Assembly: GCA_053919585.1 (NCBI GenBank)
Contig: CM132827.1
Length of the DNA: 64,000 nt
Strand: one strand, 5' to 3'
Source: Euprymna scolopes
Lineage: Eukaryota
In this document: in pieces, positions 1-11,295 of the stretch
Layout of the letters: each line of letters opens with the position of its first letter
Numbering within the stretch: position 1 is the stretch's first letter
Notes under the pieces: model-generated
Seen by the model: only the letters and a program-made list of their open reading frames with translations
Told to the model about the DNA's origin: nothing
Database searches by the model: none
Program-made: the position numbers and the translations under genes

Positions 1-467
1 CCCTAATTCTAACCCTAAAACAAAACAATCAGTCAAACCCTCCCTCAAATAACCAGTATGTAATGTGCAATAACATAGGTGAAAAAAAAAATGTTTCTAC
101 TTATTTACACGAAAATAAAATAATATCTATTCATGAAACTTATGGTTCCCAGTTATTATTTTTAATTATAATAAGTATCTGATAAATGTTTTTTTCTGTT
201 TCCTAGCATTTTGTAATTTGATTGGGTTTTCTCGCATTTTTAAGACTTGATCAACACTTAACATATTCTGACAGTTTATGTTAGGTGTCAGTCAAGCCTA
301 AGCAGATATTTATGAAAAATCCGGTTCGTAATATGAACGTGCATCATGTGACGAATCAATAAGAACTATTATTATCGAATTTGGAAATGACCGCATTGTA
401 CTCAAAGGAGTTTCATGGTATTATATTCTCCGAATGGATAGTTCTTGGAAATAAACTTTGCTTATGG

Positions 468-2117
468 AAATATATTCAGTACAATTAAGTAGGAACCGTT
501 AGTTTGACTTGAAATTAAAAATTCCAAAATTCGCTATTATAATGTAGTTGCACTAATTATTTATTTATAATAATCAAAATTATTTTGTATGTATAGAAAT
601 TTTTCTTTGGTAATTTACTATCTTTTCCATTTGTTTTTAGCATCTCCTGAGACAATGGAGTTCTGTACCTCAGAGTAGTCTGTCAACAAATTTTGACTTT
701 TTGCTGTGACTGCAAGCCCATCCTGCATCGACAGGGTCAGTTGCAAATAGACACTCAAAACAATCATTGAGCTTTAAGTTTATAATTTAAATCAATGATG
801 AAAAAGTGTTTCAACATAACAATGCCTCACTGAAAAATTATTAATGACTAACCATCTGCAGCCCAAAACCAAATCTCAGCCCATGTGGTCATCAACCGGA
901 AGCCTACGACTATAATTCCCGTGTCACTCCTAATTTCCGGTACATTCTCCCTAGGTTGATACCTGTCAAACCTAACCTTTTGTGACCCTGTCAACTCGCT
1001 GATGGGAAATGAAATATATTTACATAACTTTCTATTTCTAAAACTACCTATATAGCAATTAAGCTGGGATTCCCAAAACTACACCATAAGCAAAGTTAAT
1101 TTCCAAGAACTATCCATACAGCAATTTAAATGTTATATAAACAAACATCTTGCTGGAAAACTCCCCACTTAAAATGCCCCTATACATATGGCTTTCAATT
1201 CTTAACTGCTTTAGTATCAGTGGCAAAAACCTTGTTTTGGTGAATTAAATTAAAGTAAATAGCAGCAAGGCCATCTTGCATTGCTTAAAGAGTACTTTGA
1301 AACATGTGTTCTGATTGTGTCTTTTATAGCTTTAGGTTTTCTGCCTAACTCTCAGTTAGTCATTAATAATTTTTCAGTGAGACATTTTTATGTTGAAAAC
1401 ATTTTACATGATTGATTTAAATTATAAACTTAAAGCTCAATGATTGTTTTGAGTGCCTATTTGCAACTGAGCCTGTCGATGCAGGGTGGGCTTGCACAGG
1501 CGCAGCAAAAAAGTCGCCATTCGTCGACAGACTACTCTGAGGCACAGAACTCTATTGTCTCGGGAGGTGCCAAAAACAAATGGCAAAGATAGTAAATTAC
1601 CAAAGAAAAGAGTCTATGCATACAAAATAATTTTGATTATTATAAATAAACTAGCAGGGCTACCCGGCGTTGCTCGGGACCGTATAAACAATGAAAAAAC
1701 AAAAGCAGATATTGAACATATGTTTTATTCTTAGGGGAGAGGAATCTTTCATCTCAAGTTTTAGCGTTACAAACAAACATTTGTCTTTTATATATATAAA
1801 TAATGACAGGTTTTTTGGGGGCCCCCCTCGAAGATAACTGATCAGTTGACCAACTTCTAGTGGTCCGTTTGACGTGAAATTTCGATATTTGTCATCCGGG
1901 TGATGGGGCTTCGATATGATACCAAATTTGTCAAGTTTGGTTCCGTCTTTCAAAAGTTTTAGCGTTACAAACAAACATACATACATACACACAGACGTTT
2001 GGCTTTTATATATATAGATAATTAATGCAACTACATTATAATTGTGTATTTCGGAATTTTTTATATTGAATTTCAAGTCAAGCCAACAGTTCCTTACTGA
2101 TTGTATTGAATATATTT
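468..2117. mobile_element. Foldback/MITE-like element with ~385-bp inverted arms (468-852 vs 1355-2117); right arm interrupted by a Helitron
   Basis: Long reverse-complement match, e.g. CAAGCCCATCCTGCATCGACAGG (~713) vs CCTGTCGATGCAGGGTGGGCTTG (~1472). The match resumes after 2018. No coding capacity; TSD not resolved. Confidence 0.8.
1651..2018 (-). mobile_element. Non-autonomous Helitron
   Basis: Minus strand begins TCTATATATATAAAAG and ends CCCGAGCAACGCCGGG (hairpin) TAGCCCTGCTAG. Inserted between A and T with no TSD; the empty site is visible in the opposite arm of the foldback element. Confidence 0.85.
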
Positions 2118-3153
2118 AAAAATTACGAAAAACGAAAAAGTATTAATAACTCAAAATATTAAAAACATTCCTTGATGAAAATTACTGAAAATAAAATATT
2201 TAGCTAAAAAAAAACATTAGAGAGTTCCAAAGGAGGTAAATAGTATGTAACTATTGCCAATAAAAAAAAAAAATATGTGCGATTTGCCTTGCTTTTAGCA
2301 TAACTGAGTTATTTCCCTTGTTAGTATGTCACATGTTTTAAAAAAAAAACAGCGAAAATTCATGTTTTTTTTTAAATAATGCGGTGATATGGTGCCAGTT
2401 GACACGGTTAAGATTCGGATTAAAAATTGTTATAAAAATAAATACAATTTAGGCGTGCAGTATAATTATGATTATGTTGGCGCGTGAAAAATAAAAAATA
2501 ACTCCCACGCAAATTCCGGCGTGGCCTTATATATTAAATCGACTCAAAACGAGCGGACGTAGTACAGAGCACCCCACGTGATGTTTCCGTCCAATGGGAT
2601 TTCTCCAAGGACATTTTCCTAAACTGTTCTTTTTAAGCTCGCTGGGAGCCGGTCCAAATAGTATTTAAGCACACACAAACATCAAATCTCTCTCTCAACT
2701 GTATTTTCATTCGGACGTTCCACGCGTGTTACTATCACTCTTCCATTTTCACTGCTCCGTGCGCTTCATACAATTTCACAGGCGAACATTACCTATTGCC
2801 TCTCTTAACATGTTTTAACATATGAACAGTCAACAAAAAAAAGACATTCTCCTTTTTTTTATACGAACACTTAAAAAGGACTTCTGAACTCATTATAAAG
2901 AGAATTATATTTTATTTGTTAATGGTTGGTTTCTGTGAATAAACCTCCGTTTGTTTTGCATGTAAGTCTTTTTATTTTTATTTATTTGTGGAGGAAGTTA
3001 GTTCCTAAAAAGGCCTGACGACCCCCACAATATTTAAGTACATGCAAATTAAGTAGATATTTTTTTTTTGTTGAAATTGACACAAAAAAAAAATCATTGT
3101 TTTGTTTTTTTTAATCGATTTTTTCTTTTTCCGTATTTTACCATTATACCATA

Positions 3154-3330
3154 GTTCCTGTTTGCAATGCCTCCCTCACGGGACAGAGTTAGACACCAGG
3201 GTTGTTTTTTAACGTGGAGAAAAGGAACAAAAATAAAAATTGTCTCAGTCGTGAAGGATTTCTCCTCCACTGACAGAGAACAAGAAATTGAAGTGCAGCA
3301 TCTGAAGAACAGATACTACACTTTGATCTT
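3154..3330 (-). mobile_element. U2 snRNA-headed SINE-like element, subfamily A (5'-truncated)
   Basis: Minus strand AAGATCAAAGTGTAGTATCTGTTCTT matches the U2 snRNA 5' region. Body near-identical to the copies at 25867-26036 and 27929-28113. Confidence 0.75.
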
Positions 3331-3763
3331 CATATTTAATTTATTCCGTTTAAAGAAAAAATTACAATTAAAAAAATTTCAATACAAAATTTAAAAAATT
3401 TAAAAAAGTAAAATCTCCAAAAGAAAAAACAAATTTAGGCACAAGGCCCTATAAGATCTGGGGAGGGGAGTGTTGCAGGGTCTTTGTAACTAATGTAAAA
3501 ATTGGAGCCTTTGGCGACTTTACTCTTGACTGGCAACATTTACCACAATACCTCATTCACTCTGTGGACTCTAAACTAACTAATGAAAACCCCAGCGTTT
3601 TTCGAAGGCCAAGCCAATCATGGAAACATAATTAAGAGAATGCTAAATAAATGTTCGTAAAAAAGGAGGGTTCAAAGACTCTGAGAAAGTAAAGTGTTAA
3701 TGGAAATTAATTACACATGGCATTTTTTCGGCTACCGCCAGATTCTCTATATGTTAGTACAAA

Positions 3764-4501
3764 CTAGCGGGGATGCCCGGGTGTTTGGAGGTGTGTTTGT
3801 TGGGAGGGGGGTAGATAAAAGAAAACGATATTAAACTTCTTTAAAAAATCGGAAAAACAACAACAAAACTGCACAGCGTCGCCCATGTGGTAAAAGAAAA
3901 AAAATGTTTTGGTAGGTAGGTAGGATCGAACCTGTAACCTTGAGGCGAAGGTGTAAAAAAATCCTGACATGTTACCCACTCACCCATGACGGCAGAGTAA
4001 AATAAAAATGTTTTTTTTAACAATTAAAACTTAATTGACATCAATTGCGTGAATTTAATGATAATAAGGTCAAACATATCCCGCAGTTAACTTTTGCTGC
4101 GAGGCAGTTTTTTTTTCTTTCTCCAACTTTAGCTGTTTTTTTGAGGGGGGACCAGCTCCCTAGTGCACCCATGAATAGCAATTGTCTGATATAAGGGGTT
4201 TCCCAACATTGCTTAAACCATGTTGTTTTTCTGGACCCCCCCCTGCCACGAGCGCCAAGGAGCTGGGGTTCAGTTTCACTTTTTTTATGCTGAAAAGTGA
4301 AACAAAGGTGCGGCAAGTGAAAAAAGTCTCGAAAATAGCGTGTAAAAGTCGGCAACACCAAATGTAGACGTGACCTCCCTTTGTAACTCGTAGATATTAT
4401 AATTTAGACAGTATATAAAAAGTTTTAAGAATGAGTGACCCCACTAAGCGCCCCATAAAATGCCTTTGCCGGAAATACAGAAAAAAATGCACACACACTA
4501 A
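3764..4501 (-). mobile_element. Non-autonomous Helitron (runs into assembly gap)
   Basis: Plus strand A|CTAGCGGGGATGCCCGGGTGTTTGGAGG is a Helitron 3' end on minus; similar to 18556-19270 and 19271-19791. Confidence 0.65.
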
Positions 4502-4653
4502 NNNNNNNNNNNNNNNNNNNNNNNNNNNNNNNNNNNNNNNNNNNNNNNNNNNNNNNNNNNNNNNNNNNNNNNNNNNNNNNNNNNNNNNNNNNNNNNNNNN
4601 NNNNNNNNNNNNNNNNNNNNNNNNNNNNNNNNNNNNNNNNNNNNNNNNNNNNN
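4502..4653. other. Assembly gap (N run)
   Basis: Run of N. Confidence 1.
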
Positions 4654-4762
4654 TTAAACAAAGCAGCTTAGTAAAAAAAAATCAGAAATGATAATTCATT
4701 TTTTTTGTTTTGGTTCCGACATATACAGTGAGACCCGAATATAAGAAATACGGATACTTGTA

Positions 4763-5190
4763 CAGTTTAATCAAGACATCAAAAAATGAAAATATCGAAA
4801 AAAAAAAAAGGTTATATTGTACATACCCGTTTTGAATTGAAGAATTAAAAAAAAAAATTCATTTAATTTGATCGAGTAGTTTTTTTTTTTTGTTTGTTTG
4901 TTTTTTTTTTTACAGCAGAAAAACACGCTTTTATGACAGCACGTTGAAGGTAAACAGCTTTGAATTTTTTAAATTTTTGTTTGGATTTTTAGAACATGCC
5001 ACGGGGAGATAACTCAGTTTAAAGTGCCGACACTCCCTCCCCATCTTTAATACTAGCTTTTCTCACTAAAAATCGAACCTTTTGCCCGGTATCAGAACAA
5101 ATGGGTTTTCGTTGTAAAAAAAAAAAATAATAAATAAATAAATAAATAAATACTTAATGAAATTAAGTGAATTTTTTTTTTTTTCGGAAA
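4763..5190. mobile_element. Truncated copy of Tc1/mariner-type MITE (same family as 26564-27047, opposite orientation)
   Basis: TA|CAGTTTAATCAAGAC terminus; interior is the reverse complement of the interior of 26564-27047. Confidence 0.7.
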
Positions 5191-6619
5191 ACTTAATTCC
5201 ATAAAGGAAATCTGAAGATTTTCACTGAAAATGTAAACAAGTTATTTAAGCAATCCTGTTGACGACCTGCATTTTTTCTATTATGTAATTCCCATGTTTC
5301 AGGCCAGTGATTGTATATATTCCTTTTATATAAATGTATGCATAAAACCGGAAACTCCTATTAAATAAACTCTATTTATTTTCAAAACGTTTCTTCGGTT
5401 TACTAATCGAATATCAAATCGTCCAATTATATAATTTTTTTTTTTAAACGGTTTTACATTTTTATAAGGAGGTTCAGTTTATTCTGCATGTTTAAGATCA
5501 AATTATCCTCTTGAGAAAAAGTCTGAAAATGTGAAAAATCTATTGTGAGACGTAAATAGAAACCGAAATCTCTGTACATAAATTCAACCGATGATCTGAA
5601 CAAATTATGATGTGAAAATTTGGTTCTTAATCGATAATAATCAGATGATCGAAAAAATATTGAATGACAACATATTTAGATGGAGCGAAAATATTGTCTG
5701 CAGGGAAAAATAATATCAATTTTGTATTAAGCAAATGGAACCTAATGTAAATCAATAATTAAAGGCTTCAAATGTTCCTTGTTTTTGGAATTTTTATTCA
5801 TTACTCATAGAGATTTGGTATCTGTCTGTCTAAAGCTGAAACAATACTATCACTTTTATAGAAAAGTGCTTTTCTTTCTCAATGCTTAAGTATTTTTATT
5901 GCATTAGATTCCGTCATTGGTAGTTAAAAGACGTTTAAATACTTGCAAACTTTTTTTTTTATACTTTGAAGATTATGCAAGCAACATATTTTTAGCCTGT
6001 TAAATGCGCGAAAAATATTATAGCCATTAACTTATGATAACTGCTTTATGCCACACTGGTATTTCAAAAGAATTGCAATTCTTTGTTTACAAAACTACTC
6101 GATTTTTTTTTTAGTTAGGAATAACCAACACTGTATATAATGTGTCTTTTTTTTTTTTTTAAGGAAAAAATAGAAGTTTGGGTTGATTTTAACTTCTTTT
6201 CCTCCTTAAGATTTTCCTTTCAAATGTGACTTTTATTAGGCATTCGGATGTGTTGAAAAAGACTATCGGCTTTTAATTTTCCGTAAATAAGTATTTTTTT
6301 AAGTTCTTATGGAAAAAGTAGTGGCTATTATTGTACACACAAGCAAAGCATGCTTTGGCATAATACATTTACTAGCTATTCTATACGGAGCTTAAGTGCT
6401 AGCATACTTAACATTGGGAAAATATACCTAATTTTAATTTTTTAATATAAAGTATTCCAAAATTTGAAATAGCAGACGATTAATACACCTAAGAGTTGGA
6501 CGCCATTTTGAAAAACTACATATTTATTGTAAAGCAATTTGGTTACTTAATTTGCAAAGATAAACTGGCCATTAAATAGGAAATCATTTCATGTAAAACT
6601 TATATTAAAAAAAATGTGA

Positions 6620-6657
6620 CCCGATGGGGACCGAGCGTTGCCGAGTGACCTTGCTAG
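6620..6657 (+). mobile_element. Helitron 3' terminus remnant
   Basis: CCGAGCGTTGCCGAGTGACCTTGCTAG|T resembles the other Helitron ends in the window; 5' end not located. Confidence 0.4.
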
Positions 6658-6726
6658 TCGACACAAATTCTGAGGAATTCACACGGCTGAATTCTAATGA
6701 TGGTGGTGATGATGATGATGGTTTGA

Positions 6727-7539
6727 TGTAGTTTTAAACAGAAATGTCTATGGGAGTTTGTCAGGAAGAGATAAAAACAAATAATTGTTTTTATCTCATT
6801 GTCGTTATATATCTGTTAACAACGAAAAGGTTTTTAAAACCTCTGTTGAGCGATATGAAGAGACCCAGATATCTTAGCTGACAGCTTGGGGTGGTGGGCG
6901 GGGGTGAGGGTCGCAGCCGAGTGTTGTTCGACACTAATTTGATAATAAGTAGAAACACCTCAGTGCAAATGGGGGTTAAAAATTGGGTAGAGATAAGTTC
7001 GAGAGGAGGAGTAGAAATTTTTAGGATAAAAAAAGAGAGGGAGAAGAAAAGAAAAGAAAGAATAACTCCAAAAAGACAGAGGGAGGAATTACTGATTTGA
7101 TAAAAACGAGACACTTGGCTAATCAGGGTCTTCTTTTCGCTCTGGCAGCTGATCCCTTCCTGTAGACTGACGGTAGATGAAGAACAAAGAACTTGGCAAA
7201 GGAAAGATAACTGCCAGCCCCCTAAGTTGCATGACTAGGCCAGTGCGTAACTATTATTTGTAAAGTCGAAGACAATAATCAATTCTATGTTAACAAAAAC
7301 CAATTAAGTTTGACTTTCTTTTCTTTAATTGGAAACGCTGTTGTGAATGCAATATATTTCTCCGATAGCCAAGGTGACATTTGGAAGCTGATTTGAAAGC
7401 GGAACTGGAGAGCGACCGACGACGACGATGAAGACGAATTCGACCACTAGACAAAAACACGGGTGACGACACGGATATCGGCTACGGCTGCATCTCAACC
7501 CACAAGCGTATGCACCTGAGCTGCCCTGTAGGGGTTACA
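6727..7539. mobile_element. Possible solo LTR
   Basis: GC-richer island ending GGGGTTACA, with candidate TGTA start. No TSD found and left boundary uncertain. Confidence 0.3.
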
Positions 7540-7774
7540 AAAACATTTAACAAAAAATTTGGTTATAGTCGATTAAAGTCTCTAGAGTTTTATTGCTTAA
7601 AAATCTCCTTTCAAAAATATAATTTATATTATAAAAATAAAGATTAATAAAATTTGGCTAATGTGTCTTTCAGCAGCGTAAATTATTTGATAGAAAAAAA
7701 ATTTCTAAAAATTATATATTTTTATATAAAACACATTATTAGACCCTAAGGCTGAAATAAAACCCGAAAACAAA

Positions 7775-9640
7775 AAATTAAAAACGTTTTTTTTTTTTTA
7801 AATTTTTATATAGAAAACATTAAAAACATTTTTTTAAAATGTTTATGTAGAAAACATTAAAAACATTTTTAAAAAATGTTTATATAGAAAACATTAAAAA
7901 AAATTTATAAATGTTTATATAGAAAACATTAAAAACATTTTTTAAAAATGTTTACATAGAAAACATTAAAAACATTTTTTTAAAAAAATGTTTATATAGA
8001 AAACATTAAAAACATTTTTTTTTAAATGTTTATATAGAAAACATAAAAAAACATTTTTTAAAAAATGTTTATATAGAAAACATTAAAAACATTTTTAAAA
8101 ATGTTTATATAGAAAACATTAAAAACATTTTTTAAAAATGTTTATATAGAAAACATTAAAAACATTTTAAAAAAATGTTTATATACAAAACATTAAAAAC
8201 ATTTTCTTAAAAAATGTTTATATACAAAACATTAAAAACATTTTTTAAAAAAATGTTTATATACAAAACATTAAAAACATTTTTTTAAATTGTTTATATA
8301 CAAAACATTAAAAACATTTTTTAAAAATGTTTATATACAAAACATTAAAAACATTTTTTTAAATTGTTTATATACAAAACATTAAAAACATTTTTAAAAA
8401 TGTTTATATACAAAACATTAAAAAGATTTTTTTTAAATTGTTTATATACAAAACATTAAAAACATTTTTAAAAATGTTTATATGCAAAACATTAAAAACA
8501 TTCGTTTAAAATATTTATATACAAAACATTAAAAACATTTTTAAAAAATGTTTCTAATGTTTAAAAAAATGTTTATATACAAAACATTAAAAACATTTTT
8601 AAAAGGTGTGTAAAACATTAAAAACATTTTTTTAAAAAAATGTTTATATACAAAACCTTAAAAACATTTAAAAAAAATGTTTATATACAAAACATTAAAA
8701 ACATTTTTAAAAAATGTTTATATACAAAAGATTAAAAACATTTTAAAAAAATGTTTATATACAAAACATTAAAAACATTTTAAAAAATGTTTATATAGAA
8801 AACATTAAAAACATTTTTTTTAAATATGTTTATATATAAAATATTAAAAACATTTTTTAAAATATGTTTATATACAAAACATTATAAACATTTTTTTAAA
8901 ATGTTTATATACAAAACATTTAAAACATTTTTTAAATGTTTATATACAAAACATTAAAACATTTTTTTAAATGTTTATATACAAAACATTAAAAACATTT
9001 TAAAAAATGTTTTTAATGTTTTGTATATAAACATTTTTTGAAAAAATGTTTTTAATGTTTAAAAAATTGTTTAAAAAATTTTTATATACAAAACATTAAA
9101 AACATTTTAAGAAATATTTATATACAAAACATTAAAAACATTTTAAAAAATGTTTATATACAAAACATTAAAAACATTTTTTAAAAATGTTTATATACAA
9201 AACATTAAAAACATTTGTTTAAAACATTAAAAATATTTTTAAAAAATGTTTTTAATGTTTTGTATATAAAAAATGTTTCGTATATAAAAAATGTTTTTAA
9301 TGTTTAAAAAATGTTTATAAACAAAACATTAAAAACAAATATTTATATACAAAACATTAAAAACATTTTAAAAAATGTTTATATACAAAACATTAAAAAC
9401 ACTTTTTTAAATGTTTGTATACAAAACATTAAAAATATTTTTTAAATTGTTTATATACAAAACATTAAAAACATTTTAAAAATATGTTTGTATACAAAAC
9501 ATTAAAAAACATTTTTATAAAATGTTTATATAGAAAACATTGAAAACATTTTTTTAAATATTTATAAACAAAACATTAAAAACATTTTAAAAAATGTTTA
9601 TATACGAAACATTAAAAACATTTTTAAAAAAATGTTTATA
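7775..9640. repeat. AT-rich minisatellite, ~35-38 bp palindromic unit (AAAACATTAAAAACATTTTTAAAAAATGTTTATATAC)
   Basis: About 50 tandem units; internal palindrome AAACATTTT..AAAATGTTT; local inverted units near 9005-9060 and 9245-9305. Confidence 0.95.
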
Positions 9641-10283
9641 TGAGGTGTCTTCAATAAGTTTCCAGACTTTTTCATATGGGCACTTTTATTGCTAGTACAC
9701 ACATGAAACTTTAGTCTCCTTCAAAGTAATCTCCTCTGGCTGCAATGCACTTGTACCATACCAATCACTTCTGGAAGATCTCATGGAAGTCCTCTTGTGG
9801 GAGCATGCCAATGACCCTCGTCACAGCCTCTTGCATCTCAATTGTCTCATTACCACAGCCTCTAAGGTTTTCCTTGAGCTTCAGGATTAAGCAAAAGTCA
9901 CAGGGAGCAAGGTCTGGACAATAGGGAGGGTGAGGAACTATCTTGATGCCCATCTTGGTCAAATAGTCTGTGATAAGTATGGAATTGTGGACTGGTGCAT
10001 TGTCTCAAACATCGTGCAAATCTTCCACATCTTCAGTTCCTCTTGAATAATTGTGTGTACAGTTCCCGCACTGACATCAAACTGTGCACTTATTGTCTCT
10101 ATAGACACACGACGAACCTTTATCTATCTTTATTTGGCCAATCAACTCTGATGTTGTGACTTTCTTATTTCTTTCACATATCTTATCCTCCCTCACAGAT
10201 TTCCTGCCTTCCTTGAATCTCTTATGCCACTCAAAAAATGATGGTCGATCAATGTAACATGGTTCCAAAGCAGTCTGAATCAT

Positions 10284-10574
10284 TGTTAGATGTTGAGGTC
10301 TTATGTTGAACAAAGATGGTGGAGAATCAAGGCAATCACGATCTTGAGTGTTGAGTAATTCCTAAGAACAAAGATGGCGGCGAAGAATCAATGTATTCTG
10401 GATCAGTAGTGGTTCAGTCATTTCAAAACGGAGACTGACTGTCATCCAAAATTCGTTATTTTTATAATAAGGTCAGAAGCTTCTCATTAGTTGATTGTCC
10501 TAACCCATAGTTATAAATAAGATTGTGTAAACTCTTGTAGCCATATCCTCATTATCGATCAAAAAAATTTAACA
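10284..10574. mobile_element. Probable solo LTR (291 bp) inside the mariner
   Basis: TGTTA...TAACA termini; starts exactly where the transposase reading frame is broken. Confidence 0.55.
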
Positions 10575-10790
10575 AGTGCATTTTTCACACAGTTTATTCA
10601 CCTGGGTCAGGAGTTAACATCAACAAAATATACATTATTTTACTTTATGAATATAAATTATTTGATTAGATTTCATATTTTGTTTTTATTCAAAGGGAAA
10701 ACACGTAAAATCATAAAGTTAACATTGTAAAGCATCTTTTACATGTTTTTCCAGGTGTCTGCTCAAATGCAAACTTTGTGTAAAAGTGAC
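10575..10790 (-). pseudogene. Duplicated fragment of the zinc-finger gene 3' end (last codons, stop, 3'UTR with AATAAA)
   Basis: About 215 bp nearly identical to 11152-11368, same orientation. Confidence 0.9.
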
Positions 10791-11295
10791 CATGAGTTTC
10801 TGTTGCATTTTTTTTTTCGAAGATTAAAACAGAATTTTATTGCATATCGTTCTTCTAAAATGTCCTCACGTCCAGATTGCATTTTTTGAAATTCGCCAGC
10901 TGTGACAATAAGGCTTTAGTAGGGTGTATTCCAATTCCTGCTGTAGCTGGTCATTTAAACCTGAAATCGTAAAAATGGGCCGGTCATCTCATAAAATGTA
11001 TAGGAATAACATACTGGATTTTCAAGACTCTACGATAATTATAAATGCCTGTACGGAAAGTCTGAAACTTATTGAAGACATCTCGTAAAATGGACATTAA
11101 AAATAAAAACAATAATTCAAATAAAATTCATGCAATCTTTTAGAAAACAAAAGTGCATTTTTCACACAGTTTATTCACCTGGGTCAGGAGTTAACATCAA
11201 CAAAATATACATTATTTTACTTTATGAATATAAATAATTTGATTAGATTTCATATTTTGTCTTTATTCAAAGGGAAAACACGTAAAATCATAAAG

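Larger units (their letters stand above)
9641..11085 (-). mobile_element. Mariner (Tc1/mariner) transposon relic with internal composite insertion
   Basis: TIRs TGAGGTGTCTTCAATAAGTTTCCAGACTTT / AAAGTCTGAAACTTATTGAAGACATCTCG, flanked by TA. Transposase fragments HPPYCPDLAPCDF (9765-9962), FEWHKRFKEGR (10077-10283) and YAIKFCF..ATETHG (~10790-10845); frameshifted and deleted. Confidence 0.92.

Noticed and set aside
1-20. Telomeric repeat (CCCTAA)
   Set aside because: Only two non-adjacent copies; not an array.
3167-3394. Small conserved ORFs RDRVRHQG..KDFSS (also 25963-26160, 27907-28149)
   Set aside because: These are the antisense reading of the U2-headed repeat; frames differ between copies.
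5385-5420. Penelope-type minimal hammerhead on the minus strand
   Set aside because: Core reads TTGATAT rather than CTGATGA; too degenerate to support.
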